Part shown: positions 18,966 to 28,500 of the stretch, piece after piece | Layout of the letters: each line of letters opens with the position of its first letter | Numbering within the stretch: the first letter of the stretch is position 1 | Assembly (NCBI GenBank): GCA_964549175.1 | Contig: CAZJUM010000001.1 | Span: 1 to 42,965, forward strand | Reading direction: 5' to 3' | DNA: 42,965 bases | DNA from: an uncultured Pseudomonadota bacterium | Lineage (GTDB): Bacteria > SAR324 > XYD2-FULL-50-16 | Position numbers and translations under genes: made by a program | The notes under the pieces: model-generated | Seen by the model: only the letters and a program-made list of their open reading frames with translations | Databases searched by the model: none | Told to the model about the DNA's origin: nothing

Positions 18966-19720
18966 TCATTTTCTGACTAACTCATCAAAATCCAAGGTAT
19001 CGCCGGAAACGGATTTGTTTTCCTTTGTGGTGTTCATCAAAGAATCAAAATCTGAACTCTCATTAGGACTCGGTTTGTTCTCTCAAGTCCCGTGTATTGT
19101 TTCACCGCCTTGAAACAGACTTCAAGGATCTTTTCGACCGACAAAGCATTATTTGTGTTTAAGAATAATGCAAACTCATTCTCTTCTGGTTTTTAAGGAT
19201 CGTGAATACCAGTGTCACTTGCTGCTACCGCGGTTTTTGATGGGGTTTTTCTTCGAAATTGATCTCTGGCCCAACAGCAAAGATCTTCCCAGCTTGCTTG
19301 TTGAATGTTACCACTTTCAGTATGACAATATGGTACAAGGTATTTGTCTAAAGAAGCTTCCCATTAAGACGATATTTCATTCTTGAGTTTTTCATACGGG
19401 AGATTCCGGTTAATTTTAAGCGAATCACCGCCTCGATATTACTTTTGGTGTCAAACCAGACATCGGCAAGAATATATTGGGTTTTCAAGCCGATTCGTCG
19501 AGTGCGATTCAACAACATGTCATTTTTATGGTGTTCAAGAGCATTTCGATAATTTTTGACGATTGGCTTTGAAATGGTTTCCGCTTTTCAACCCTGTTTT
19601 CCCCACCCTTCAGATTGGCGAATCCAACGCAAATAGCCTTTAGGAGTAGCCAAACCCATTTCCAAAACTTGATGCCCTTTGATATGTCGATCGGAGCTAT
19701 GAGCGAAATCTTGCTTATCT
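18966..19720 (-). pseudogene. degraded DDE transposase (IS4/IS701/IS1634-like; family uncertain), 5'-truncated
   Basis: Reverse-strand translation gives ...SSDRHIKGHQVLEMGLATPKGYL...TQYILADVWFDTKSNIEAVIRLKLTGISRMKNS...ALSVEKILEVCFKAVKQYTGLE... (D..D..E-type blocks). It is interrupted by at least 4 in-frame stops and at least 2 frameshifts. No intact ORF. Confidence 0.55.
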
Positions 19721-19806
19721 GAATAAAATTATCTATATATGGTAAAAAATTAGGAATTTATAAAGATTTATTTAAGAGTTAACAATAATTTTTTAAAATA
19801 GTTGTA

Positions 19807-20277
19807 ATGAAATTAGACGCCGTCGATCAAAAAATACTAGAAATTATTCAGGAAAAAGGCCGAATCACCAATGCGAAACTTGCTTTAGAAGTTGAGGTGT
19901 CGCCACCTACGATGCTGGAACGAGTGAAGCGATTGGAGAACAAAGGGATTATACGTCAATATGTTGGACTGGTGGATCTGGAAAAAGTAGGAAAAGGAAC
20001 TTTGGTAATAGCCAATGTTTCCTTGGCATTACACCAATTAACCTCGTTTGCTCGATGTAGGAAAGAAATCAGTCAATTAGAAGAAGTCTTGGAATGTTAC
20101 TTTGTATCCGGCAAGGAGGATTTTACTTTGAAGGTGACGGTCAGGAATATTAAAGAATATGAAGATTTTGTGGTCAATAAACTCTCCAGAATTCAAGGTG
20201 TTTCTCAAATCACGTCATCGTTCGTGCTTTCTACGATCAAATATACAACCAAAGTAAGAATCGAAGTTCCAGACTAA
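19807..20277 (+). CDS. Lrp/AsnC family transcriptional regulator
   Basis: 156 aa. KLDAVDQKILEIIQEKGRITNAKLALEVEVSPPTMLERVKRLENKGII HTH followed by an AsnC/RAM-type ligand domain. Confidence 0.85.
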   Translation: MKLDAVDQKILEIIQEKGRITNAKLALEVEVSPPTMLERVKRLENKGIIRQYVGLVDLEKVGKGTLVIANVSLALHQLTSFARCRKEISQLEEVLECYFVSGKEDFTLKVTVRNIKEYEDFVVNKLSRIQGVSQITSSFVLSTIKYTTKVRIEVPD

Positions 20278-20431
20278 CATCTTTTGGATTGTAATTATTT
20301 CAATTACTTGCATGATAAATATCATTGCGGGGATAACCTCCTCCCGACACAAGCTTTGTGTTGTTATGATTGTTGATGTGATCCGGTAAAACCACTTTTG
20401 ATCGGGGATGAACAAAGACAATCCGTTCGAT

Positions 20432-21224
20432 TTATAATCGGTCATATTGATCAACGAGTGATTCGAGATATAGCAAGTTGACTAATGTAATTTGCCGTTT
20501 CTGAGCGTGAATGATTTTATATTTCTCAAATTTCTTCAATATTTTGATTGTTGTCGCGTATGCCGATCCAGCCATTGAGGCGATTTCCTTTCGCGAAAAA
20601 AAAAGATTTCATTTGATAGAAGCCATTCACTTTTTGCCCGTTCTGTCGTGCTAAATTCAATAAAACTTTCGCGATTCGCGATTCAACTTTCGACAAAGCC
20701 ATATCCGATACTTTTCGCTCAAAATCGTAGTTTTTGAGTGAAGTGTGCTTTAACACTGTCCGATACATAAACGGATGATCTTCCATAAATTTGAAAAATC
20801 GCTCTTTGGGGATCTCAATCAGGGTTACCTCAGTATCGCAAATTGCTGTGATTGAATATTGTTCTTGACTAAACAACGCCATAGCACCAAAAAACTCTCC
20901 TTCAACAGCCACATTGACTATCATTTCCTGAGAATCATTCAGTGTACGAACCAATTTAACCATTCCTTTATTTAACAGCGTAAAACTCTTTGGGAATTCT
21001 CCCTGCTTAAAAATTACATCACGCTTTTTGAATGTCCTAATCTTAAGAAATTTGGATAGTTCAATTACCAGTTTTTTGTCTAAATCTTTAAAAATCTTTA
21101 ATGTCTTGAGGGTGATTGCTCTGATTTCGTGTTCAAGTTTCTGGCAAATTTTCGTAGATTCCATAGCGATGATTGTTTCAACTTTATTGATGCGTGGTGT
21201 ATTCAATTGAAGGTCCGCTGCCAA
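20432..21224 (-). pseudogene. Crp/Fnr family regulator (cNMP-binding domain plus HTH) interrupted by a +1 frameshift in an A9/T9 tract
   Basis: The ORF 20526..21224 encodes the cNMP-binding beta-barrel but ends in nonsense (KGNRLNGWIGIRDNNQNIEEI). Removing one T from the T9 run (plus-strand A9 at 20596-20604) yields SRKEIASMAGSAYATTIKILKKFEKYKIIHAQKRQITL..., a canonical Crp-family HTH, ending at TAA 20434-20432. Likely start ATG 21164 (MESTK). Confidence 0.7.
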
Positions 21225-21396
21225 CCCTAATGAGGTGTCAATTCCTTATATGGGCGAAATAATGATTGTTCAAGCGTTAGTCCATATTGCCGTTTCGAAA
21301 TTAGCGATCCAATTTCGCATTCAAAAAAAAACACCTGAACCGGTGATTGAATTTTTTCAGTGACATACCCTGGCTAACAAGTCGCATGCTGTGGTT

Positions 21397-21424
21397 AAAC
21401 GATCAAGAGCTAATCGTTTTTTTT
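21397..21424 (+). terminator. orphan rho-independent terminator
   Basis: AAACGAT-caagagcta-ATCGTTT followed by a T-run (8 T in total). No annotated plus-strand gene upstream except a 37-codon ORF at 21250-21363. Confidence 0.5.
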
Positions 21425-21687
21425 CTATTATTCCGTTTATTTTACTTTTTTGTATCCTAACACTGTGAATAATTCAGTCGACATAGCAGTCGGCGGGAGT
21501 GGAAAATAGAGAGATCAACGCGTTTGAGGAAATTGTCCCGAATCAATTGATGGTCATTATTTCCGTTTTAAATGGTTTGTCAGATAGGGAGATTGATTTT
21601 ACCCTATTCTGAAGTGAGCTACAAAAACGATAATTAAGCGAATTATTTTGCGTGGTTATCCCTCTTATTTAATACGCGACTAATAGA

Positions 21688-22629
21688 GTGCCAATGGAGT
21701 ATCAACCTAAGGAAACACCCTTGATTGTTAATCATCTTAGCAAAAAATTTGATGATTTTTTTGCGTTGGATCAAGTAAGTTTAAGCTTGAGATCAGGAGA
21801 AATTTTCGGTCTACTGGGGCCTAATGGTGCCGGGAAAACTACTTTTATTTCAATTATCACCTCATTACTGGTCCCCACATCAGGGAACGGGTTTGTGTTT
21901 GGACATGAAATTCAAAGAGATAGCCTCAATGTTCGACGCAAAATTGGCGTGGTGCCACAGGAAATCGTTTCTCATGGATTTTTTACGGTGCGGCAGGTGT
22001 TACAATTTCATTCGGGATATTACGGAATTCGAAATAACCAAGAGCGCATCGCCTATATTTTGAATCGATTGGCTCTGTATGATCATCGTGATAAACTGGT
22101 ATCTCAGCTCAGTGGCGGAATGAAACGCCGTCTTTTAATCGCCAAGGCACTGGTTCACAATCCTCCTTTTTTATTATTGGATGAACCCACCGCGGGAGTT
22201 GATGTTGAATTGCGTAACACGCTTTGGGAATTTGTCAGAGAATTGAATAAGAAGGGACAAACCATTCTGTTGACGACCCACTATCTCCATGAAGCTGAGG
22301 AATTGTGTGATCGGGTTGGGATATTGAGTCAAGGTAAATTGATTGCTTTGGACGAGACGCGGAATTTGATCAAAAAGTTAACTTGCCGACGTGTCGAACT
22401 GACTATGGAAAACCAGTGGAATGGGAAAGTAAAAGCGGATGACGTTCGGATTGAGGGCAATACCATTCATTTATCGTTATCGCACCAACAATCGTTGGGA
22501 GAATGTATCAAACACATTGGCATACCGTTGGAACAAATCAAGGATATTTCCATTAACGAAGGCGACTTGGAAGAAGCTTTCATTAAATCATTACACCAAG
22601 AGGTCAATCACAATGGAAACAAGTGCTAG
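21688..22629 (+). CDS. ABC transporter ATP-binding protein (ABC-2 exporter type)
   Basis: Walker A GPNGAGKTT, signature LSGGMKRRL, Walker B LLLDEPTAGVD. GTG at 21688 or ATG at 21694. Confidence 0.85.
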   Translation: MPMEYQPKETPLIVNHLSKKFDDFFALDQVSLSLRSGEIFGLLGPNGAGKTTFISIITSLLVPTSGNGFVFGHEIQRDSLNVRRKIGVVPQEIVSHGFFTVRQVLQFHSGYYGIRNNQERIAYILNRLALYDHRDKLVSQLSGGMKRRLLIAKALVHNPPFLLLDEPTAGVDVELRNTLWEFVRELNKKGQTILLTTHYLHEAEELCDRVGILSQGKLIALDETRNLIKKLTCRRVELTMENQWNGKVKADDVRIEGNTIHLSLSHQQSLGECIKHIGIPLEQIKDISINEGDLEEAFIKSLHQEVNHNGNKC

Positions 22630-23413
22630 AGCAAACGCGTTTGTCGGATTTCTCACCCTCTATCAAAAAGAGTGTATGAGATTTCTTAAAGTTATCAAAC
22701 AAACCGTTTTAAGTCCCTTAATCAGTACCTCACTATATTTATTAATCTTCGGTGTTAATCTGGCGGATCGTATTACCAATCAAAATGGTGTGAACTATTT
22801 GCAATTCATAATTCCCGGACTGGTGGCCATGGGAGCACTGAATAACGCTTTTCAAAACTCATCCAGTTCAATAATTATTTCCAAATTTCACGGTGATTTA
22901 CAGGATTTGAAAGTAGTGCCTCTGCAAGCGTTCCAAATACTCTGGGCGTACGCTCTCGGCGCGCTGACTCGCGGATTCATGGTCGGTGCCGCGATAACGG
23001 TGGTCGCTCAGGTGTTTTATCTGATTCAATATGGTGTGTTACTTAAAATAGCTCATATTTCCCTGTTGCTGGTATTCGCGATATTGGGATGCCTGAATTT
23101 CGCTTTTTTAGGCCTTGGTATTGCTGTATTTGCCAAAAACTTTGATCAAATCAGTGCCATCGGAACCTTCGTAATATTGCCCTTAATTTATCTGGGTGGC
23201 GTATTTTTCAGCATGGAACGAATGCATCCGTTCTGGAAAGCTATATCATATTGTAATCCGTTACTATATTTGATTAATGGGATAAGGTACGCTTTTTTAG
23301 GTGTCAGTGACATCCACCCCCTGACAGCTTTTGGAACAAGTCTGGGTTTTGTCTTTATCACATATTATCTGGGGGCTTATGCCGTTAAGAAAGGAACTTA
23401 TACACGCTTTTGA
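22613..23413 (+). CDS. ABC-2 type transporter permease
   Basis: About 266 aa, six predicted TM segments. ATG at 22613 overlaps the ATPase gene by 17 nt. The ORF-track start at 22439 is an extension inside the ATPase gene. Confidence 0.8.
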   Translation: METSARANAFVGFLTLYQKECMRFLKVIKQTVLSPLISTSLYLLIFGVNLADRITNQNGVNYLQFIIPGLVAMGALNNAFQNSSSSIIISKFHGDLQDLKVVPLQAFQILWAYALGALTRGFMVGAAITVVAQVFYLIQYGVLLKIAHISLLLVFAILGCLNFAFLGLGIAVFAKNFDQISAIGTFVILPLIYLGGVFFSMERMHPFWKAISYCNPLLYLINGIRYAFLGVSDIHPLTAFGTSLGFVFITYYLGAYAVKKGTYTRF

Positions 23414-23550
23414 CCTTCCGAAACTAGCATCGCTCGTCTGTTGTATTTGACTGAGAGTCAACCACCTTTGCTGATCCTATCTTTAACGAAATTATTGGTG
23501 CCATTTGTGATGGCTGATGATTTCTGATCAGAACTCCGAATAGTCTTATA

Positions 23551-23779
23551 TGATTATGTACAATTCGCAAGCTCATTTCTTTGATCACTCCCTGTCATTC
23601 CCGCGAAAGCGGGAATCTAAGCTCCGCTGATGCAATGGTTAAGGTTAAGGAAGAGTCATTCCCGCGAAAGTGGGAATCTAGCAATAAAAGCCTAAGAAAC
23701 CAAATGGTTTTTCGGATGCCCGCATTCGCGGGGATGACAGGCATTATTGGCAAATTAGAATATTAATAGAACATAATCA
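23551..23779 (+). mobile_element. MITE-like palindromic repeat element, full-length copy C
   Basis: 229 bp. 9-bp terminal inverted repeat TGATTATGT...ACATAATCA. Hairpins ATTCCCGC-gaaa-GCGGGAAT (23597-23616), ATTCCCGC-gaaa-GTGGGAAT (23658-23677) and an inverted ATGCCCGC-attc-GCGGGGAT unit. CCTGTCAT (23591) can pair with ATGACAGG (23734). Confidence 0.8.
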
Positions 23780-24202
23780 GGTAATCTTAATCAGTTTACA
23801 AGTTGTTACAATAATTTACGTCTCGGTAAATTAATCCTTTTCGCTTTAATTTACTCTCAACTTACCAATTCGATTCATTGTGTAACTGGTGAATCATTAT
23901 TCATAAAGATAGATCATCATAGTGGCGCATCCTGCCGGACTCACTGAAAGCGATAACTTGTCCTATTATGCTTGACAGCCAATGCTCAAGCTTGTCACAT
24001 GATACGGAGATCCTGAATTTGGGTATTAGCGTTTCCGGATGGCTATAATTATTGTGAGGATTGGAATGGCATTTAAAACGATGGAATTATCTAAAACTGA
24101 TATACGGGTTTTGACCCGAATAAACACTCATTCAGTGAACACACTAATACGATTTCAGACAGAGGTTTCGGATTTATTATGAACTGATTTTTTAGCGGAG
24201 AA

Positions 24203-25582
24203 ATGATTATGAACTGGCCCACTTCAGCGACTACCTGGTTTGTCAGGGGGATTTTGATACTAGTTCCGATAGTAGCCGGATTAGCGCTATTTGTGTTTTT
24301 TGTAAAGCAGCCTAAAGATCTGAAGAAAAAACGTGTGATCAATCAAACAAAAACGGTTCGCACCATTCAGATGAAACCGGTTTCTGTTAGACCACAAGTT
24401 ACCGGTTACGGGTTTGTCTCACCAGCCAGAACCTGGAAGGCTGTAGCGGAGGTCAGTGGTCAGGTAAGCTTTGTTCACCCCGATCTGAAATCGGGCTCTT
24501 TTTTGGAAAAAGGAACTGTAATTATCACAATTGATCCCGCTTCTTACGAATTTTCAGTCATTGAGGCTCGTGAAAGCATTGAGAGTATTGATGCTCAAAT
24601 AGAAGAGACAGAAATCAGTCAAAAGAATCAAATCGCTTTGTTGAGTTTAGAGGAGAAAAGCTATCAGCTCAGTCTCAATGAACTCAAACGTCAACAAAAG
24701 TTATATGAGAAAAAGGCCATTTCCAAATCGATTTTGGAGCAAGAGCAACGATCTTTGCTCGATAAAGAGAATAAAGTGTTAAGTGTTAAAAACTCCATTA
24801 AACTGTATCCCGCACAGTTAAAAAGATTACACGCTCAACGCGTGCAAGCGCTTGCCAAACTCAAAGAAGCGGAACGAAAACAAGCCGCGACAATAATCAG
24901 AGTTCCTTATGATGTTCGAGTCGCACAGGTAAATATCGAAGGATCCCAGTACGTGCAGCCCGGTCAAATCTTAGCTGAAACAGATGGCATTCAATCGATT
25001 GAAGTTGAAGCCCAGTTTTCTGTCCATTCACTGGCTCCTCTTTTTCAAGGAGGGGGAGTAAAATCGCTGGTTGGTGCCATACAAAATACCGAATTGCCGA
25101 ATGATCTCTTTTTAAACTCGCTCTCAGCGAGGGTTCTTTATCCGATCCAAAAGGAATCGGAATTTCGAAAAGCAAAAGTGATCAGGGTATTAAACTCTAT
25201 GGATCCGGAAACCAAAACCATCGGTTTGGTGATCCAGGTTGATCAACCTTATTCAACGATGCCTCCACTCGCCAGAGGAGCATATTGCGAGGTGCGAATT
25301 ATAGGGAAATCGCAGAAAGGTCGTTTGATTGTTCCGAGAAGCGCCCTTCACGATACAGACATGATTTATCTGGTGGGCGAACAGAATCAACTGGTTCGTC
25401 GGCGCGTCGAGGTAGACTATACGATAAAAGATGTTGCCGTTATCAAATCCGGTATAGAAACAAACGCCCAAATTATTGTTTCCGATCTTGTCCCCGCGGT
25501 TGATGGAATGATACTCCGACAAGTCACTGATGAAAACCTAATGGCCAGCATTAAGGAAACTGCCAGGGGAGAGACGCGATGA
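24203..25582 (+). CDS. efflux RND transporter periplasmic adaptor (membrane fusion protein, HlyD family)
   Basis: N-terminal TM, coiled-coil hairpin region and beta-barrel C-domain. ATGA overlap with the RND pump gene. Start may be ATG 24209 (better spacing from GGAG). Confidence 0.8.
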   Translation: MIMNWPTSATTWFVRGILILVPIVAGLALFVFFVKQPKDLKKKRVINQTKTVRTIQMKPVSVRPQVTGYGFVSPARTWKAVAEVSGQVSFVHPDLKSGSFLEKGTVIITIDPASYEFSVIEARESIESIDAQIEETEISQKNQIALLSLEEKSYQLSLNELKRQQKLYEKKAISKSILEQEQRSLLDKENKVLSVKNSIKLYPAQLKRLHAQRVQALAKLKEAERKQAATIIRVPYDVRVAQVNIEGSQYVQPGQILAETDGIQSIEVEAQFSVHSLAPLFQGGGVKSLVGAIQNTELPNDLFLNSLSARVLYPIQKESEFRKAKVIRVLNSMDPETKTIGLVIQVDQPYSTMPPLARGAYCEVRIIGKSQKGRLIVPRSALHDTDMIYLVGEQNQLVRRRVEVDYTIKDVAVIKSGIETNAQIIVSDLVPAVDGMILRQVTDENLMASIKETARGETR

Positions 25583-28500
25583 TCCGGTTTATCGCCTCAC
25601 ATCCTACGGTAGCCAATATTTTGATGATTGCTTTGATCGTTATTGGGTTGTTTGCGCTACCCAATCTGAATAGGGAGACTTTTCCGGAATTCGAGCTTGA
25701 AAGGATACAGATTTCGGTTGCGAATTCAGGATCAACAGCGGAAGAAATGGAGGAATCTGTTGGTCAACCGATTGAAGACGCTTTGGCTGGCATCAAACAT
25801 ATTGATGAAATTAGAGCTACTTTTCAGGAAGGGATGGCTAGTATTGTGGTTGATATGGCTGATGGAGGTGACTTACAGACTTTTTTAGATGACATTCGTA
25901 CGGAAGTAGATGCTATCACGACACTGCCATCAGAAGCCAATGATCCGCTTATCCAAATTCTGAACAGAAGCACCGGCGTGGTCTCGATTGCTGTTACAGG
26001 CTCCATGTCGGTTCAAGATTTGAAAGAATATTGCGAACTATTGAAACGAAAGTTACAGCGCTTACCAGAGATTTCGCTGGTGTCCGTAAATGGTTTTTCC
26101 GATCGACAAATTCAAATTCATTTGGATGGGAAAAAGCTTTCAATGCTATCATTAAGCGTCACGGAAATAGCTGACGCCATTTCCAATCAAAGTTTTGATC
26201 TACCCGTCGGCTCCTTGGAAACTCAGGACCAGGAAATTTTGTTACGTTTTACGGAAAAAAGTCGTTCTATTTCTGAGTTTGCCAATATCGTTATATTGAG
26301 CGGTGCCACGGGTGCCGAAGTTAAATTGGGTGAAATAGCCACTATTGAGGATCGCTTTGAGTTAGATGAGAATAAGACCATTTTCAATGGCTCGCGGGCC
26401 GGATTTGTCTCGGTGAGCAGGCCAAAAACCGGCGATAGTCTGGAAGTGTATAAAGTAGTGGAAGCATTTGTTAAGCAAGAGCAAGCAATCGCGCCTCAAA
26501 ATGTGTCACTGGCACTTACTCAAAATTTTGCCTCCATTATCGAGGACCGATTAATGTTGCTGTTAACCAATGGGTGGCAGGGCCTTTTATTGGTCTTTCT
26601 CTCCATGTGGCTCTTTTTTAGTTTCCGCTTATCGTTCTGGGTAACCATGGGGCTTCCGGTATCTTTCCTGGCTTCCTTTTTTGTGATGCTGCAAATCGGA
26701 TATACCTTGAATATGATGACCACTTTGGCATTAATAATAGCGATTGGGTTACTAATGGACGATGCCATTGTGATTGCCGAGAATATCGCTGCCCATTTGC
26801 AGCGTGGAAAAAGTTCCGTTGACGCTGTTACCGATGGTATCAAAGAGGTGTACGGCGGGGTAATTTCTTCTTTTTTAACCACGGCCTTTATTTTTATTCC
26901 TTTGGGTTTCATTGAGGGCGGAATGGGAAGAGTATTGGGGGTTGTTTCGATCACCTTGATTATTGTACTGGCGTTTAGTTTGATTGAGGCTTTTTTAATC
27001 CTACCTAATCATCTGGCTCATTCCCTGAGAAAAAACAATTTGAGCCGGCCAGGTAAAATCCGATCATTTATCGAAGGAATGATGACCATCCTGAGAGAAA
27101 AGATTCTCGGATCAATTGTTGATCGTGCTGTGCGCTGGAGATACTTAACCATTGGTGTCGCCGTGATGGTATTTATCATTTCTATCGGTATGTTGGTCAG
27201 TGGAAAACTTAAGTTTAAAGCTTTTCCGGATATCGAAGGCGATATGGTGGAGACGAGGATTCTCTTTCCTCAGGGAACTCCTTTGGAAAGAACTGAAAGT
27301 GCTGTGAATCGCGTGGTAACTGCTTTGAAAAAGGTGAATGATGAGCTCACACCGCTTCAAAACAGACAAAATCCATTGGTTGAGAATATTATTGTGAATT
27401 ATGGCAAAAATTCCGATTCTAACGAGTCCGGTGCTCATCAAGCAACCGTCCACGCGGAATTACTGGACCCGGAACTACGAACAAGTACGCTGAATCAAAT
27501 TCAGATGAAATGGCGAAGAGCTATTGGTGCTGTGCCTGATGTCATCACTATTAACGTGACTCCGCCTGTTCGCGGTCCTGCCGGTGTGGCCATCAAGGTT
27601 TTGCTAAAAGGAGAAGATATCGATCAACTCAAACTGGCCTCATTGGAACTATCCGAATGGCTGAATCAGATTGACGGTGTTTATAATGTTTTTGATGATT
27701 TAAGGCCAGGAAAGCCTGAAATACGTATGTACCTTAGTCGCGGTGCTACCGTACTGGGAGTTAACGGTAAAATGATCGCCAATCAGGTGCGATCAGCCTT
27801 TTATGGGACCAATGTTACTGAAATCCCAATTGGGCGCGAGTCTTACGAAGTTAATGTGCGGCTTCAACCGCAAGATCGGGATGAGATCACTGACTTTGAA
27901 AATTACAGCATCAAAGGTCCTCAAGGAGGGCGCATTCCAATAACCAACGTCGTTAATTTGACAAGTGGTCGTGGGTATTCGCGAATCGCTCATGTTGACG
28001 GCTATACAACATTGACATTGCAAGCAGATGTGGATGATCAGACCGCCAATACCGCGGAAATCATAAATCGGCTGAAAACAGAGTTTTTCCCTCAATTGAA
28101 TGAACAATTCCCGGAAATCCAAACAACTTTAAAGGGACAAATGCAAAGAGCACAAACCGCGGGAGCCTCGATGGGGCAGTTGGGATTTTTAGGAATGCTG
28201 GGAATATTTGGATTATTGAGTTTTCAGTTTAGAAATTATACCGAACCCTTGGTGATTATGTCCGCTATCCCGTTTGCGTTGATTGGAGCGATTTGGGGGC
28301 ATATCTTGATGGATATCCCGTTCACGATTCCAAGCATGTTAGGTTTTATTTCTCTGGCCGGCGTTGTGGTTAATGATTCGATTTTGCTGGTGATGTTTAT
28401 AAAAATGCAAGAAAAAAAGGGGATCGGTGTGGTGAAGTCAGCGCAACAGGCCAGTCGTGTCAGATTCAGAGCGGTTTTCCTAACTTCACTAACGACTATT

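Noticed and set aside
20215-20454. 79-aa minus-strand ORF between the Lrp and Crp genes
   Set aside because: Overlaps the 3' end of the Lrp-family gene and the restored 3' end of the Crp gene in a different frame. It is an artefact of the frameshifted region.
23581-23766. 61-aa ORF (MITPCHSRESGNLSS...FAGMTG)
   Set aside because: Lies entirely inside MITE copy C. It is the typical spurious translation of the GTCATTCCCGCGAAAGCGGGAAT hairpins.
23960-24000. TTGACAGC..GCTTGTCA imperfect dyad upstream of the RND operon as a TetR-type operator
   Set aside because: Imperfect repeat, no adjacent TetR-family gene, and it overlaps a plausible -35 box. Cannot be distinguished from chance.
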